Source: a virus
Virus record (IMG/VR): IMGVR_UViG_3300037504_001427
Location: 23,640 to 87,639 of that record
DNA: 64,000 nt
Reading direction: 5' to 3' (one strand)
Positions within the stretch are counted from its first letter, which is position 1. Each line of letters begins with the position of its first letter. The notes under the pieces are model-generated. The model was given only the letters and a program-made list of their open reading frames with translations, was not told the origin of the DNA and made no database searches. Shown here piece after piece: positions 31,572 to 42,965 of this stretch. The position numbers and the translations under genes are program-made.

Positions 31572-31888
31572 TGGCTCACCTCGTATTCGGCGTCTTTGAC
31601 GACGGGTTGGTCGCGTTTTTCTTGTCGCTGAGAGAATTCACTCAGGAGGACCAGCGTCATGACTGGGCCCAGGATCTCGGAAGCCGAGGAGAGGATGTGG
31701 TGCAGCCGGAGGTCTTTGACTTCCTCTTTCTTCTCTGCGATCTTTCCCCACAGTGCCAGGCCGATGAATCCGGTCACCACCCAATAGCGTGCGGCCAAGC
31801 GCGCGAGGGGGCTACGGATAACCCCTTCTGCGCCGAGGTTGCCGAGCAGGCCGAGCAGGCGGTCCATGTTTTTGTCACTGAGGTTCAT
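31568..31888 (-). CDS. small membrane protein
   Basis: Hydrophobic segments; coupled to its neighbours. Confidence 0.6.
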   Translation of the reverse strand: MNLSDKNMDRLLGLLGNLGAEGVIRSPLARLAARYWVVTGFIGLALWGKIAEKKEEVKDLRLHHILSSASEILGPVMTLVLLSEFSQRQEKRDQPVVKDAEYEVSQ

Positions 31889-32648
31889 CCAGCTCCTGCG
31901 CCGCTTTCAGAAGTCGCGTGTTGTCTGTAGTATATACACGCTTCCACGGACCAGCAAGCGAGTTGGCGGTGTGCTGATAGACGACGGTACCCAGCAGCAC
32001 AGTGTCTCTGGAGTACCACACCTGCCCGCCCTTTTTCACCTGTTGGTAGCGGCGTAGGAGACCGCTCTCTGTCGCCTCTTCGCGTATGGCAGAGATCTCG
32101 GCCTTGTCTTCGTCCACCATCCTGGTCAGTCCGTCATCGCGAACATACGGCGCCTGGTCGGCGAGCTGCTGCATGAAGCCCACAGCCTCTTGTTCGTCCA
32201 TCGCGAGTGCCTTCGCGATCTCTCCGTGGACCATCCTTATCCGGTGCCGCTCTTTTCTTTTCTTCCCGTCTTGAGTGCCCGAGCCCTTTATCTCCAGCAC
32301 CACATCCTCCGGAAAAGTAAGGCGCACTTTTCCGGTCAGGATTGCGGCCACCACCGCAGGAGAGAGGGAGACCATCTTGCCCGATTGCATGGCCTCCAGG
32401 TCGAACTCTGCGTGCTCCTCGTCGTACAGTGCGCCGACGTCTCTGAACCGCTGTACTTCCGCCAGGTTTTCTTGGCAGAGTGCATGCACGCAGTCTCTGA
32501 GTGCCGCAGGCGGCCCGCGGAAGCGAAACTTCTTCGGCAGGTGGTTGAACGCCCGGATTGTCGGCCGCTCACAGGTCCAGTGCCAGGGCGGGTTGCGCCT
32601 TTTCCAGCAGCGGTAGATGAGTTCTTTTGCGACGACGCCGCTCATCAA
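31875..32648 (-). CDS. hypothetical protein
   Basis: 257-aa ORF within the operon. Confidence 0.6.
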   Translation of the reverse strand: MMSGVVAKELIYRCWKRRNPPWHWTCERPTIRAFNHLPKKFRFRGPPAALRDCVHALCQENLAEVQRFRDVGALYDEEHAEFDLEAMQSGKMVSLSPAVVAAILTGKVRLTFPEDVVLEIKGSGTQDGKKRKERHRIRMVHGEIAKALAMDEQEAVGFMQQLADQAPYVRDDGLTRMVDEDKAEISAIREEATESGLLRRYQQVKKGGQVWYSRDTVLLGTVVYQHTANSLAGPWKRVYTTDNTRLLKAAQELDEPQ

Positions 32649-32658
32649 TCACTCACCG

Positions 32659-32910
32659 TCAGGAGGTGTAAAGCAGAAAGGCGGTGATCGCCGCGCCGGC
32701 AAAGAGCACCTTCCATGGGACCGTGCCACGCGCGGTTTCTTCCACTGTGGCAGGCGCAGCATCCGATGCCAGAACGGAGCGTGTGGCGGAGGTCGAGAGA
32801 GGGCGCGGGGCCGGCATTTCCACACCGTGCGTCGCCCGCTCTGCGACCTGCGTGGTCACCCGAGTGGGCATGGGGGTCAGCATGAATTGGTCGGCGTGGT
32901 TGCTCAGCAT
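32659..32910 (-). CDS. small protein with a C-terminal TM anchor
   Basis: GGAGG SD; ends WKVLFAGAAITAFLLYTS. Confidence 0.65.
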   Translation of the reverse strand: MLSNHADQFMLTPMPTRVTTQVAERATHGVEMPAPRPLSTSATRSVLASDAAPATVEETARGTVPWKVLFAGAAITAFLLYTS

Positions 32911-32938
32911 GGTGCCTCCATGGTACGAGGTCGATCGG

Positions 32939-33460
32939 CTAGATCAACAGTTCCTTGGCGAAGCGTGGAGCCATGCGCCAAGTGGGTTTTACGGCTGGCG
33001 TATTGACCAGCCGCGTGAGGGCCGCATCAGCGAAGTCGGGGTCTTGCGCCTTGAGCTTGGCCACTTCTTCGTCCACCCAAGCCGTGAGCGGCTCTTGGTC
33101 CTGCGCGTCTGTCGGCTGAGCCGCGGGGTCGAACCACTGCTCGATCCCTCTCGGGCGAGTGAGGTAGGCGCTTACAGCGGCGAGCGTGAAGCTGCCCGGA
33201 TAGACGGCGTTCGCCTCCACGGACTTGGTGTTGCGTTTGAACCAGGCGTAGCTCGACGCGGCCATGGTGGCCAGGGATGCGACGAAAAGCACGGGACGCC
33301 ATTTGACGTAGAAATCCCATGCATCGAATCCCTTTCGAACGAACAGTGCTCCGCGCTCTCTGTTTTGCTCGTAGTAGGGGATCTTCTTGCGCACATAGCG
33401 CATTTGCCCGGCCGGAATGCCGGCCTCTACTATCTTGATGATGCTGCTCACGCTCGTCAT
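32939..33460 (-). CDS. membrane protein
   Basis: Two hydrophobic segments; GAGG SD. Confidence 0.65.
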   Translation of the reverse strand: MTSVSSIIKIVEAGIPAGQMRYVRKKIPYYEQNRERGALFVRKGFDAWDFYVKWRPVLFVASLATMAASSYAWFKRNTKSVEANAVYPGSFTLAAVSAYLTRPRGIEQWFDPAAQPTDAQDQEPLTAWVDEEVAKLKAQDPDFADAALTRLVNTPAVKPTWRMAPRFAKELLI

Positions 33461-33996
33461 GGTGATTCCTCGGTTTTCTGTTCCTGGTCGTCGGTATGGG
33501 TTTCCCCACCGAAAGCGGACTTGCCGAGCAACACGGCACTCAGGACCGCGATGACCAGCCAGGTGAGGATGTTCGTCACGAGGGCGGTGCGGGAGGTGCT
33601 CATGTCCTCGACCTTTTTTGCGAGGTTGTTGACCGCCTCCTGGTTTGCTTTGTCTCCTACTTCGCGGCCGATGAACTCTTTGAAGTTCTCCATGCGCTCA
33701 CGGAGAAGAGCGGTGTCGCCGCGTTGCGCGTAGACGAGGGAGTAGATCTGACGAGTGAGCTTGTCCAATTGGAGGTGACGGCGCTCATTGCTGGAGGCAA
33801 TGGCCTGCAGGTTGTCGCGCGTTGCGCGGCTCATCTGCGCCAAGTCGTCCTGCGTTTTGGCGACGAGCGCGAGCGCCAGACGCCCGCTGGAGTCATTATC
33901 CCCTCCCATCGCTTCCGGCGGTACCGGGATGTTTCCACTCCTGGTACGCTGGTACGGCTGTATTTCTGGCCAAGTGCGTAGTTCGTCGTTACTCAT
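33457..33996 (-). CDS. coiled-coil protein with a C-terminal TM segment
   Basis: Helical region then ILTWLVIAVLSAVLLG. Confidence 0.65.
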   Translation of the reverse strand: MSNDELRTWPEIQPYQRTRSGNIPVPPEAMGGDNDSSGRLALALVAKTQDDLAQMSRATRDNLQAIASSNERRHLQLDKLTRQIYSLVYAQRGDTALLRERMENFKEFIGREVGDKANQEAVNNLAKKVEDMSTSRTALVTNILTWLVIAVLSAVLLGKSAFGGETHTDDQEQKTEESP

Positions 33997-34065
33997 GGCG
34001 CGGCTCCCAAGGCTGCCCGACGCCTCGCGTGGTATCTTCGATGCACCTGCGAGCCGCGGAGATCA

Positions 34066-34638
34066 TCATGAGTCCTTTGAGATCAGTCCCTCTGACCCGA
34101 GGGAGTTCCTTTTGTAGTGCAGGCCGATTGTGCTGACGATTGCGTCGCCAGTCATGGTATCTGCGGCATTATTTGCGTCACGAATAAGATCAAAGACAAT
34201 TTGGTCTCCGATTTTGATGTTCGTGCCGGTGATCGTGCCGAGTTCGTGCGTCTTCAGGTCCCATTGGGCCGTTGGAGTTGCCGCAGTCAGTCCGACAGTC
34301 GTTTCAGAGATGACCGTAGTGTTTGTTCCGTCTGGATGACGAATCTGGTAAACGAAATTCCACCTGACATCCCCAGATGGTGCGGCAGCCGCGCTCCCCC
34401 AATGGATATGGATGCTCAGGTCCGTCCCTTCCGCATAGTCGTGCGGAATCTCTTTCCAAGTTCCGACATATTCGTCGGAACTATCGTCAAATGCTGCAAT
34501 TTCTGCGTAGGAAGAACCAGCATAAGCGATGATGTCTGGAGAACTGCTAGAACCCGGACCAGTCGCTCGCACTAAGTCGAGCGGATTGTAATCAATATCC
34601 CCATATTCCGCTTCGGCGTCTGTTAGTCTGAATGACAT
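34066..34638 (-). CDS. putative virion structural protein
   Basis: Beta-rich; IPHDYAEGTDLSIHIHW...VRW pattern resembling phage structural proteins. Confidence 0.55.
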   Translation of the reverse strand: MSFRLTDAEAEYGDIDYNPLDLVRATGPGSSSSPDIIAYAGSSYAEIAAFDDSSDEYVGTWKEIPHDYAEGTDLSIHIHWGSAAAAPSGDVRWNFVYQIRHPDGTNTTVISETTVGLTAATPTAQWDLKTHELGTITGTNIKIGDQIVFDLIRDANNAADTMTGDAIVSTIGLHYKRNSLGSEGLISKDS

Positions 34639-34646
34639 GGTGTATC

Positions 34647-35006
34647 CTAATCTGTTATCCTGTACTTCTCAGTCCAGGCGCTGCTTTCTCTGCGCTCAAA
34701 CACAAGGTCATTGCCATCGCGTTTGATGCGCCACGAGCCGTCGGTTGTTGTGTCCCCGAAGTAGAACACGCTTGTTGAGGTAGCTTCGATGTCGCTATTA
34801 GGCCGCAGTGCTCCACTGACGGCCCAATTGCCCGTGAGCGTTTGTGCGTTCCAGGTCGCGCTGCCGAGCACCAGGTTATCTGAGCCATCCGCCTGGAGCA
34901 GATTGAGGGCAGTGCCCGCGGCGTTACGCTGGAGCATCTGGATGTTGTTCAACAGCTCAAGTTGCGTGCCCGTGAGCAGGCCTTCCGGGAAGTCAGTCAA
35001 GCTCAT
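34647..35006 (-). CDS. putative fibre-associated protein
   Basis: YFGD..TDGSWRI...L.FER motif. Confidence 0.55.
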   Translation of the reverse strand: MSLTDFPEGLLTGTQLELLNNIQMLQRNAAGTALNLLQADGSDNLVLGSATWNAQTLTGNWAVSGALRPNSDIEATSTSVFYFGDTTTDGSWRIKRDGNDLVFERRESSAWTEKYRITD

Positions 35007-36244
35007 TGTGGACCTCCGGCAGTCCGCTCAAAGCTGACCGTCCATGTTCCTGTGGCGGGCGGAGTCACCAGCAGGCGCAGGATCTGGTTTGCACCAGCAC
35101 CCGAAACGTCGGCAGAGACGGTGAAGCCCTCGGCAACCAGGCTCGTGCCCGCGGCGCTTCCCGAGGCTGCTGTCGCGTCTGTGGACGGGTCACCATCGTG
35201 GATATACCGGGCATCGAATTCGGCGTAGGCACCGTTGGTGGTATCCTCGAGGTAGGCCTGCCAGCGAGCGCCCCGGAAGTCATCGACGGAGAAGGAGTCG
35301 ATTACGTTGGCGACACTGTTGGTGAGCGCGATCTGGTTGCCGAACTGGTAGGCGGGGTCCCCGTCTGCGGCCACCCATGTGAGATAGAAGGTTGATCCCG
35401 AGCGGGTGATATAGGCCACGTCCACCGAGTCGGCATCCGGCGAAAGATCCGGCTGGATACCGCCGACATAGGCCCAGTTCGTGCCGCTGAAACTCAGCGT
35501 GTGACCACCACCCTGGGTGAACTCAATGCGGATGGTTGCGCCGTCTGGCATATTGGACGGTTCATTCAGGGTCACATTACCCGCGGTCGTCCGTCGGTAG
35601 ACGGTGCCGAGTGTCGCCCCCAGCGTCTGGCCGTCCATATCGATGGATATGGTGTCACTATCCAAGACCACTATCGTTGGATCCAGTGTGGTCGGACTCC
35701 ACGCGGTGCTCGTGCCGTCGTAAATCAGCGCCTGCTGGTTTGTGGGGGCGGTGGCGCTGACGTCTACGTTGCGGATCTTTTCGACAGTGTTTGCCCCCGC
35801 CGGGCCTGTGGCATCACCAGCAAGTGAGGCGCCAGCGCCCCCTCCACCATCGCCGACCCAGTTGCTCCGGCCTTCACTGAGTGAGGCATTGGTCACAGCG
35901 AGGGCAGCGTAAGTGCTGAGCTGGCGGCTCTGCAGTAGGTAGCCCGGCTGCAGGAGCGTCCAGAAGGCACCGGGAGCAGCGGTGATTGCCTCCTGGTAGA
36001 GGCCCTCGATGAGCACGCCCGTCCCGGAGTAGATCTCTATTTGATAGGGATTCGCGATAGAGGCCCCAGAATCATCGTAGAGCAGACTGACCGCGAATTC
36101 CAGCCCAGAGCGGGAGAGTCGGTCTCCAGGAACAAGCGTCAGCCCGAGGATCCGATGGCTGAGCAATGGCGCGAGGACACCGTTGACCGCGGTTTTCAGA
36201 GCAGAGAGGTTTGCTGCTGTGATGAGCTTTGTCGTCGTGGTCAT
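35003..36244 (-). CDS. putative fibre/spike protein 1
   Basis: N-terminal ~137 aa shared with 36573..38087; LAGDATG...APTNQQALIYDG..W fibre-like linker. Confidence 0.6.
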   Translation of the reverse strand: MTTTTKLITAANLSALKTAVNGVLAPLLSHRILGLTLVPGDRLSRSGLEFAVSLLYDDSGASIANPYQIEIYSGTGVLIEGLYQEAITAAPGAFWTLLQPGYLLQSRQLSTYAALAVTNASLSEGRSNWVGDGGGGAGASLAGDATGPAGANTVEKIRNVDVSATAPTNQQALIYDGTSTAWSPTTLDPTIVVLDSDTISIDMDGQTLGATLGTVYRRTTAGNVTLNEPSNMPDGATIRIEFTQGGGHTLSFSGTNWAYVGGIQPDLSPDADSVDVAYITRSGSTFYLTWVAADGDPAYQFGNQIALTNSVANVIDSFSVDDFRGARWQAYLEDTTNGAYAEFDARYIHDGDPSTDATAASGSAAGTSLVAEGFTVSADVSGAGANQILRLLVTPPATGTWTVSFERTAGGPQ

Positions 36245-36572
36245 TTGCGCTGTTGCTCCAGCGCTTTCATGCGGCGCTCGAGGTCAGCCAAGCGCTCCTC
36301 AATGGATGCCGGCCCCTGCACCGACGGCTCTGGTCGATAGACGCGTTCCTTGCCGTATCCCTTCGGACCCGTCCGCGCACAGAGCATTTTGTCATGTTCA
36401 ACAAGGACGATGTCTTGTTGCGTCGCTTTTGCGATCACTGTCTGTGCTGCTTCGTCGGAAGTCTTGCACAACGGCACCAGCGTGGCGCCGTCCTTGCGAG
36501 CGGTTTCGATTTGACTTGGTATGTCGCGCAGAAAGTTTCTGGCTCGGCGGAGGATCTTTTCAGTGCTCATCA

Positions 36573-36573
<1 letters not shown>
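36241..36573 (-). CDS. hypothetical protein (possible fibre chaperone)
   Basis: C-terminal coiled coil IEERLADLERRMKALE; lies between the two fibre paralogues. Confidence 0.55.
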
Positions 36574-38087
<1,514 letters not shown>

Positions 38088-38120
38088 CTGCTCTCATTGT
38101 CCTTTTTTCAGAGGTTCGTG

Positions 38121-38630
38121 CTATCGGTTTTTTGCCGCTATCGCCAACCCCAAATCTGCCAGTTCGTCTTTCCCGAAGGTGAAGAGGCAAGGCAGGAACT
38201 TGTGATTGATTCGCGAAGCAGTTTTGGGGGGATTTCTGCACACCTTCAGGGGCAGGCCCCCCTGACGTGCGACCACACCGAAGAGCGGGGGAGGGAGATT
38301 CTCGCGCCAAGGCAGTGTATTGCCAAGCGCATGACGAAGGCGGCGCCGATAACTCGCAGCCGCCTCTGGCTTGGTGGAACTCACCTGGATGATGCCGCCT
38401 GGCGCCAGATGCTTGAGCCACGGCTCTGGATCCTGTTCCGTACTGAGGAGAATAGCATCCGCTCCGTTGATGGGGATGGATGTATCGACGGACACATCCT
38501 TCCATTTGGACACCTCTTCCTGCATCACTTCACGCTGTGGTCCAGCCACCAGTACACGGCTGTTGGGAGGCAAGTACAGCACAGGCAGCAGCCCCAAGCA
38601 TTCCCGGAGACGGTGCGGACAGACCTGCAT
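38121..38630 (-). CDS. degenerate spermidine-synthase-like (Rossmann) protein
   Basis: ECL..LP...RVLVAG, D.ILL and HLAPGGII resemble the SpeE core, but the GxG motif is missing. Confidence 0.35.
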   Translation of the reverse strand: MQVCPHRLRECLGLLPVLYLPPNSRVLVAGPQREVMQEEVSKWKDVSVDTSIPINGADAILLSTEQDPEPWLKHLAPGGIIQVSSTKPEAAASYRRRLRHALGNTLPWRENLPPPLFGVVARQGGLPLKVCRNPPKTASRINHKFLPCLFTFGKDELADLGLAIAAKNR

Positions 38631-39982
38631 TACTTCAGGAGGAGAAAGGCCAAGAGCCCGCCTGCCGCAACTGCGGCAGTCGTGGGAATCCCGAGGTCGA
38701 AGAGCCCGCCGGCCTCTGGCATGGAGTTGCTGACCGTTTCTTGCGCCTGCTGGATCCCTGTCCGGTATTCGGTCTCCAGTTCAAGGAGCTGCTGATCGAT
38801 GGTATCGATCTCACGAAGCAGCGCTGGATCGTTCGGTCGGCTGACCAGAAGCGTCTGTATTTCAGCCTTTTTCGCTGTGAGTAAGGCACGTTGGCGCGCA
38901 TAGGAGTCTTTGATGTCGGCCACGGTGCTGTCGAAGACGTTCTTGGCCGTGCCGATGTGGGCAATCCAGGCGGCCACCAACAAAGCCACCGCGGCGAGCC
39001 CCATGCCGCCGAGGGCGAGGGAGACTGCTTGTGCCGATATTCCCAGGCCCGGCGCATTCTGCTGCCACAGGCCAAGGGGGCTAAGCAGTTGCTTGCACTG
39101 ATTGTCCGTCTTCTGCATCTCCACGCGCAGCCGACCGGCCGCTTTGGGATTCAGTGCATCAATGCCGCGCAGGAGGGCAACGGCTTCGGTGCGCCGCTTG
39201 AAGAGCTGGTCGACTTTGGTCTGCAGTTGGCGCAGGATGGCCTGTCCGGAGGCGTAGCTCAGCGTTTGCTGCACCCCACCAAGGATGTAGTCGGCTTGTT
39301 GGTAGGCACGTTTTTGCTGCTGCCAGACGTCGGAGGCGATGCCGAGCACCTCATGGAGCACCGCATTCCATCCGATGCCTTTCAGGAAGGCGTCGAAACT
39401 GGCGCGCAGGGTCTCGTCGCCCTGCGCATAGGCACCGAATTCTGGCGGAATCGTCCAGAGAGGCACGCGGAAGGCTTCTGCCTTGTCTGTGACGACTGCC
39501 TCGACGGCGGCGAAGAGGTATGCCGGCGGCAGCACGTCTTTTCTCAGGCAGTCGTGCACCCACTTCAGAACGCCGAAGGAGACGGCTCCGTAGGCGCCGG
39601 GAGTGAGGCCCTCGACCCGAATGGGGCGGTATGAGGCGACTCCAGTGGCGCCCCGGTCTTGCAGCAGGAATTGCTGCACTGTCGGGCCGTAGTTCTCGAC
39701 GAAGCGCCAGAAACCCTCCAGCATTCGTTGCTTCGTCTGCCCCTGCATGGCGGCTTCTATGGCCAAGTATCTGGCCTGTGCCTCCGGCGGCAGACGATTC
39801 TGGCGTCCCTGCTTCAGCAGGGAGTGTGCTTCACCGAGAGCGAAGGTGACCCCGACCGTGTTGGGAATTTGGCGGATCGGGACGATGATGTGCTGGTTCA
39901 GTGCGTTGAGGAGGATGCCACTCCGAGCATCGGAGACATCGCCATTCAAAGCACTGGGGGTGTAAGGTACTGGATAGGACAT
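38630..39982 (-). CDS. helical membrane-anchored protein
   Basis: 450 aa; internal TM after GLG; C-terminal anchor AAGGLLAFLLLK; AGGAG SD. Confidence 0.7.
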   Translation of the reverse strand: MSYPVPYTPSALNGDVSDARSGILLNALNQHIIVPIRQIPNTVGVTFALGEAHSLLKQGRQNRLPPEAQARYLAIEAAMQGQTKQRMLEGFWRFVENYGPTVQQFLLQDRGATGVASYRPIRVEGLTPGAYGAVSFGVLKWVHDCLRKDVLPPAYLFAAVEAVVTDKAEAFRVPLWTIPPEFGAYAQGDETLRASFDAFLKGIGWNAVLHEVLGIASDVWQQQKRAYQQADYILGGVQQTLSYASGQAILRQLQTKVDQLFKRRTEAVALLRGIDALNPKAAGRLRVEMQKTDNQCKQLLSPLGLWQQNAPGLGISAQAVSLALGGMGLAAVALLVAAWIAHIGTAKNVFDSTVADIKDSYARQRALLTAKKAEIQTLLVSRPNDPALLREIDTIDQQLLELETEYRTGIQQAQETVSNSMPEAGGLFDLGIPTTAAVAAGGLLAFLLLK

Positions 39983-40101
39983 GCACGGACTCCTGCGGGG
40001 GCATTTATACCTGCAGAAGGGCTCCGTACAAGGCGGCTAGTGGTCTTTCATGACGACGTGCGCGACGGCTCGCCACAGACGGCGAACTCAATGAGGAACG
40101 G

Positions 40102-40353
40102 TCAATTGTCTATTTTCGACTCGATGGCCTTGTTGTGGGCAGTCGCTTCTTCATTGTAGGCGTTTACCGCTGCCTCCAGGTGCAGGATGTAGCCCATGAG
40201 CAACTGCTCGTTTTCAGTAGGAGGCGCGCCGGTATCGAGTTCCTCACGAGGGTCAGCCTCTGTGTCGATCTTGATGAGTGGCCATTTGCCGACATCGTGT
40301 CCCTCCCGGACGCAGCCGACCAAGAGGACACAACAGATCAGAATTCGGACCAT
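40102..40353 (-). CDS. lipoprotein, o-spanin-like
   Basis: Lipobox LLVGC after a short hydrophobic leader; overlaps the end of the upstream TM/coiled-coil gene. Confidence 0.5.
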   Translation of the reverse strand: MVRILICCVLLVGCVREGHDVGKWPLIKIDTEADPREELDTGAPPTENEQLLMGYILHLEAAVNAYNEEATAHNKAIESKIDN

Positions 40354-40568
40354 GATTCGACCTTCCGGGCTTTCTGCGCTGCCGCTGCGATGCGCTTCTC
40401 GGCCTGTTCTGCGGCATCACTCCCTTCCAGGTAGGCCTCCAGCGTGGTCGCACGCGCTTGGGCTTGGTCCAGTTGGTAGTCGCGCCACCAATCTGTCACG
40501 AGTTCGCCCACAGACCGGAAGAATGCCGACGCGACTTCGGCAACGAGTTGGACGAGGAGCTTGCTCAT
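40338..40568 (-). CDS. small N-anchored coiled-coil protein, i-spanin-like
   Basis: Apolar N-terminus followed by a helical segment. Confidence 0.4.
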   Translation of the reverse strand: MSKLLVQLVAEVASAFFRSVGELVTDWWRDYQLDQAQARATTLEAYLEGSDAAEQAEKRIAAAAQKARKVESWSEF

Positions 40569-41239
40569 GACTTCGTGGCGGTCGCCACCAGCGCCTCGGA
40601 AGTCTCACTGCCGGTGTACGGATTGATCGTGTCCGCGGCCCAGCGGATGGCACGACGGAGCTGCTCTTCGCCGAACTCTGCCGCGGCATCCACGCCCTGC
40701 GATTCCAGTTGTTCTTGGACCAACTTGAATGCATCGTTACCTAGGCCTCGCAGATAGGCCTTGGCGATGCCCTTGAGTTCTGTCGTACTCTTCTCGGCAG
40801 CCTGCTCGGATAGCATGCGCTGCAGGATAGGCAGATGTTTCTCGCTCAGCGTGAGAGCGGCATCCAAGGCGGCATCTTTCACCATGCCCCACTTGGTCTG
40901 CTTTTCCTTCGTCTTGGCGTTGTCGGTGAGCTTCTTCAGGTAAGGAATCAGCACCGTGTTGGCCAAGGCAATCAAGCCCGCCATGATGGCGAGGACGACT
41001 TGCAGCCAGGTGGGCATCCCTTCTTCTGTCTCGGCTGCCACCGCAACAGCGTCGACCGCGGCGTCCTCCTCTTCCACTGCGGGAGCGGCGGCGGGCGCTT
41101 CTTCCTCCGCTGCCGCCGAAACCGGAGGCGCCGAGGAGTCGGATGAGAGCACCAGCGGGGATACTGTGGTGGTCGTCGTGGCACCAGAGAGGGCCGGAGC
41201 GAAAAGCAGGCAGAGTGACAGGAGGATGAAGCGGGTCAT
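40565..41239 (-). CDS. signal-peptide and TM protein, holin-like
   Basis: MTRFILLSLCLLFAP leader; TM WLQVVLAIMAGLIALANTVLIPYLKK. Confidence 0.45.
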   Translation of the reverse strand: MTRFILLSLCLLFAPALSGATTTTTVSPLVLSSDSSAPPVSAAAEEEAPAAAPAVEEEDAAVDAVAVAAETEEGMPTWLQVVLAIMAGLIALANTVLIPYLKKLTDNAKTKEKQTKWGMVKDAALDAALTLSEKHLPILQRMLSEQAAEKSTTELKGIAKAYLRGLGNDAFKLVQEQLESQGVDAAAEFGEEQLRRAIRWAADTINPYTGSETSEALVATATKS

Positions 41240-42840
41240 GCGGACTCCACGAGACGGCGGTGGGACGGGAAGGTGTCGATGATGTGGCACAAGCGTGTGC
41301 GCACGGCTGCGTAGTTGGTACGCTGTCGGTAGTGGTTGGCAAGCGCCATCTTTTGCCGGATGCGCGTAGCAAGCTGTTCGGGGGTCTCATCCTGGCCGAT
41401 CCAATGCACGCCACCATCGATGGAATTTGCCCAGTCCTGCTGCGGCAGGTAGATCCGCTGATTCAGCGCGCTGGCTTCGATGAGACTGAGGGGACAGGCC
41501 TCGGACTTGCTGGGGAACACGAATAGATTGGCCAGGCGCATGAGTTGGGCCACCTGCTTCCTGCCCAAGCCTTTATGTGAGGTGGCAGGCATTTCTTCGC
41601 TGGTTGCGAAGACGGCTTCCTCGTCGGTGAGTGCGCTGATCTCCGCACGGACCTTGGCGTCCCCCGCGCTGGAGAGAACGAGGACGAGCTTGGCCGCCGC
41701 TCCCTGCTGGTGGAGCTGCTTGAAGACCTGCGCCACGAAGAACACACCTTTGGCTTGTAGGCGTGTGGCATCCAGCGGATAGACCTGCACGATCGAGGCG
41801 TCAAACAGCCCCCACTTCTCAGCGTAGGAGATGATTTCAGGCGAGAGATCCAGCCAGCCTGCATAATCGAATGCATTCGGGCAGTAGGCCACCCTGTTCT
41901 GCTGGACGGCAAAGTGGTCCGCAAATCGTTCCACATCGGCGTTACTCAGAGAGAGCACATAGTGTTCGCCGTCCGGCAAGGAGTAACGGTGGCGTTCCGC
42001 TTTCCGCCGCTCGTCCGAGATGTGCGCCGGCTCTTGGGGCCGGGAATGGCAGGTGTGGTACCATGTGAATCCGCGTAGATCACCGATCAGATCGATGGCC
42101 TTGGCGAAGATGGCGTAGCCCTCCACGAACTTCAGATCGTGCGTGATGACGACGGCGTTCCCCAGTCGGACCAGGTTCTTCCGGATGGAGTCGGCGATGT
42201 TCTGCGGATCATGCTCAAGGGACCGAGGAAGCACTGGACGGAAGACCACGCGATCCTCTTTGGCAAAGGGGTCCGGGCATTTGCCACGCGCCCAAAATTC
42301 CACATAGTTGGCCTCATCTTGCGCCAACGCCTTGGCCTGCGCTATGCTGGCCGTTGCTACACTGTACCCAGGGTAGATGTCGTGCAGGCCGGTCATGATC
42401 ACGATGCGGCGCTTGAAGGAAAGCAGGCGCGTGTGCTCGGCCCGAAGAGCCTGTTCTTTCTGTTGGCAGGAGGAGCATCCGCCCTCCTTTTTCCGGCCAA
42501 CCGCCTTGGGCTCAGGGAGATCCTCGCGCGCAGGAGTTGTCCGCCAACTCTTGGTGAAGTCCAATCCCCAGAGCCACACTCCGATCCTGAGGAAAGGGTA
42601 TGCAGCGAGCGCCCAATAGATTTGCTGGATGACCGGCCATGCGATAAGCGGTTGCATGCAGGCCCAGAATAACGCCACCCAGAAGGCGCTGCAGGGTGGA
42701 CACAGCAGCGGCTTGGAGAGGAGGTAGGTCGCGTAGAAGTTGCTCCGTATCCAGTGGTGTACTGGACGGAAGATCTCTTCCTTCATCCATAGACGATGCG
42801 ACCCGAGGCAGACGAGAACGAAGAGGAGGAGGTCCATCAT
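41236..42840 (-). CDS. GT-B (GT4-like) glycosyltransferase with an N-terminal TM/CxxC domain
   Basis: VITHD, PNAFD, KG and LFVFPSKSEACPLSLIEA (EX7E) motifs; N-terminal CPPC..FW. Confidence 0.8.
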   Translation of the reverse strand: MMDLLLFVLVCLGSHRLWMKEEIFRPVHHWIRSNFYATYLLSKPLLCPPCSAFWVALFWACMQPLIAWPVIQQIYWALAAYPFLRIGVWLWGLDFTKSWRTTPAREDLPEPKAVGRKKEGGCSSCQQKEQALRAEHTRLLSFKRRIVIMTGLHDIYPGYSVATASIAQAKALAQDEANYVEFWARGKCPDPFAKEDRVVFRPVLPRSLEHDPQNIADSIRKNLVRLGNAVVITHDLKFVEGYAIFAKAIDLIGDLRGFTWYHTCHSRPQEPAHISDERRKAERHRYSLPDGEHYVLSLSNADVERFADHFAVQQNRVAYCPNAFDYAGWLDLSPEIISYAEKWGLFDASIVQVYPLDATRLQAKGVFFVAQVFKQLHQQGAAAKLVLVLSSAGDAKVRAEISALTDEEAVFATSEEMPATSHKGLGRKQVAQLMRLANLFVFPSKSEACPLSLIEASALNQRIYLPQQDWANSIDGGVHWIGQDETPEQLATRIRQKMALANHYRQRTNYAAVRTRLCHIIDTFPSHRRLVESA

Positions 42841-42965
42841 GCGCGCCTGAGGTGTCGGGCGAGGTTATCGCGCACCGCATAGAGGTATTCGATGTTGGAG
42901 GCACTGACGCCAGAGCGTTCGCGCTCGAAGATGTGATCACATACGCTGAGGTAGAGGACTATCAT
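42837..42965 (-). CDS. 42-aa hypothetical protein
   Basis: MIVLYLSVCDHIFERE...; ATGA overlaps at both ends. Confidence 0.45.
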   Translation of the reverse strand: MIVLYLSVCDHIFERERSGVSASNIEYLYAVRDNLARHLRRA

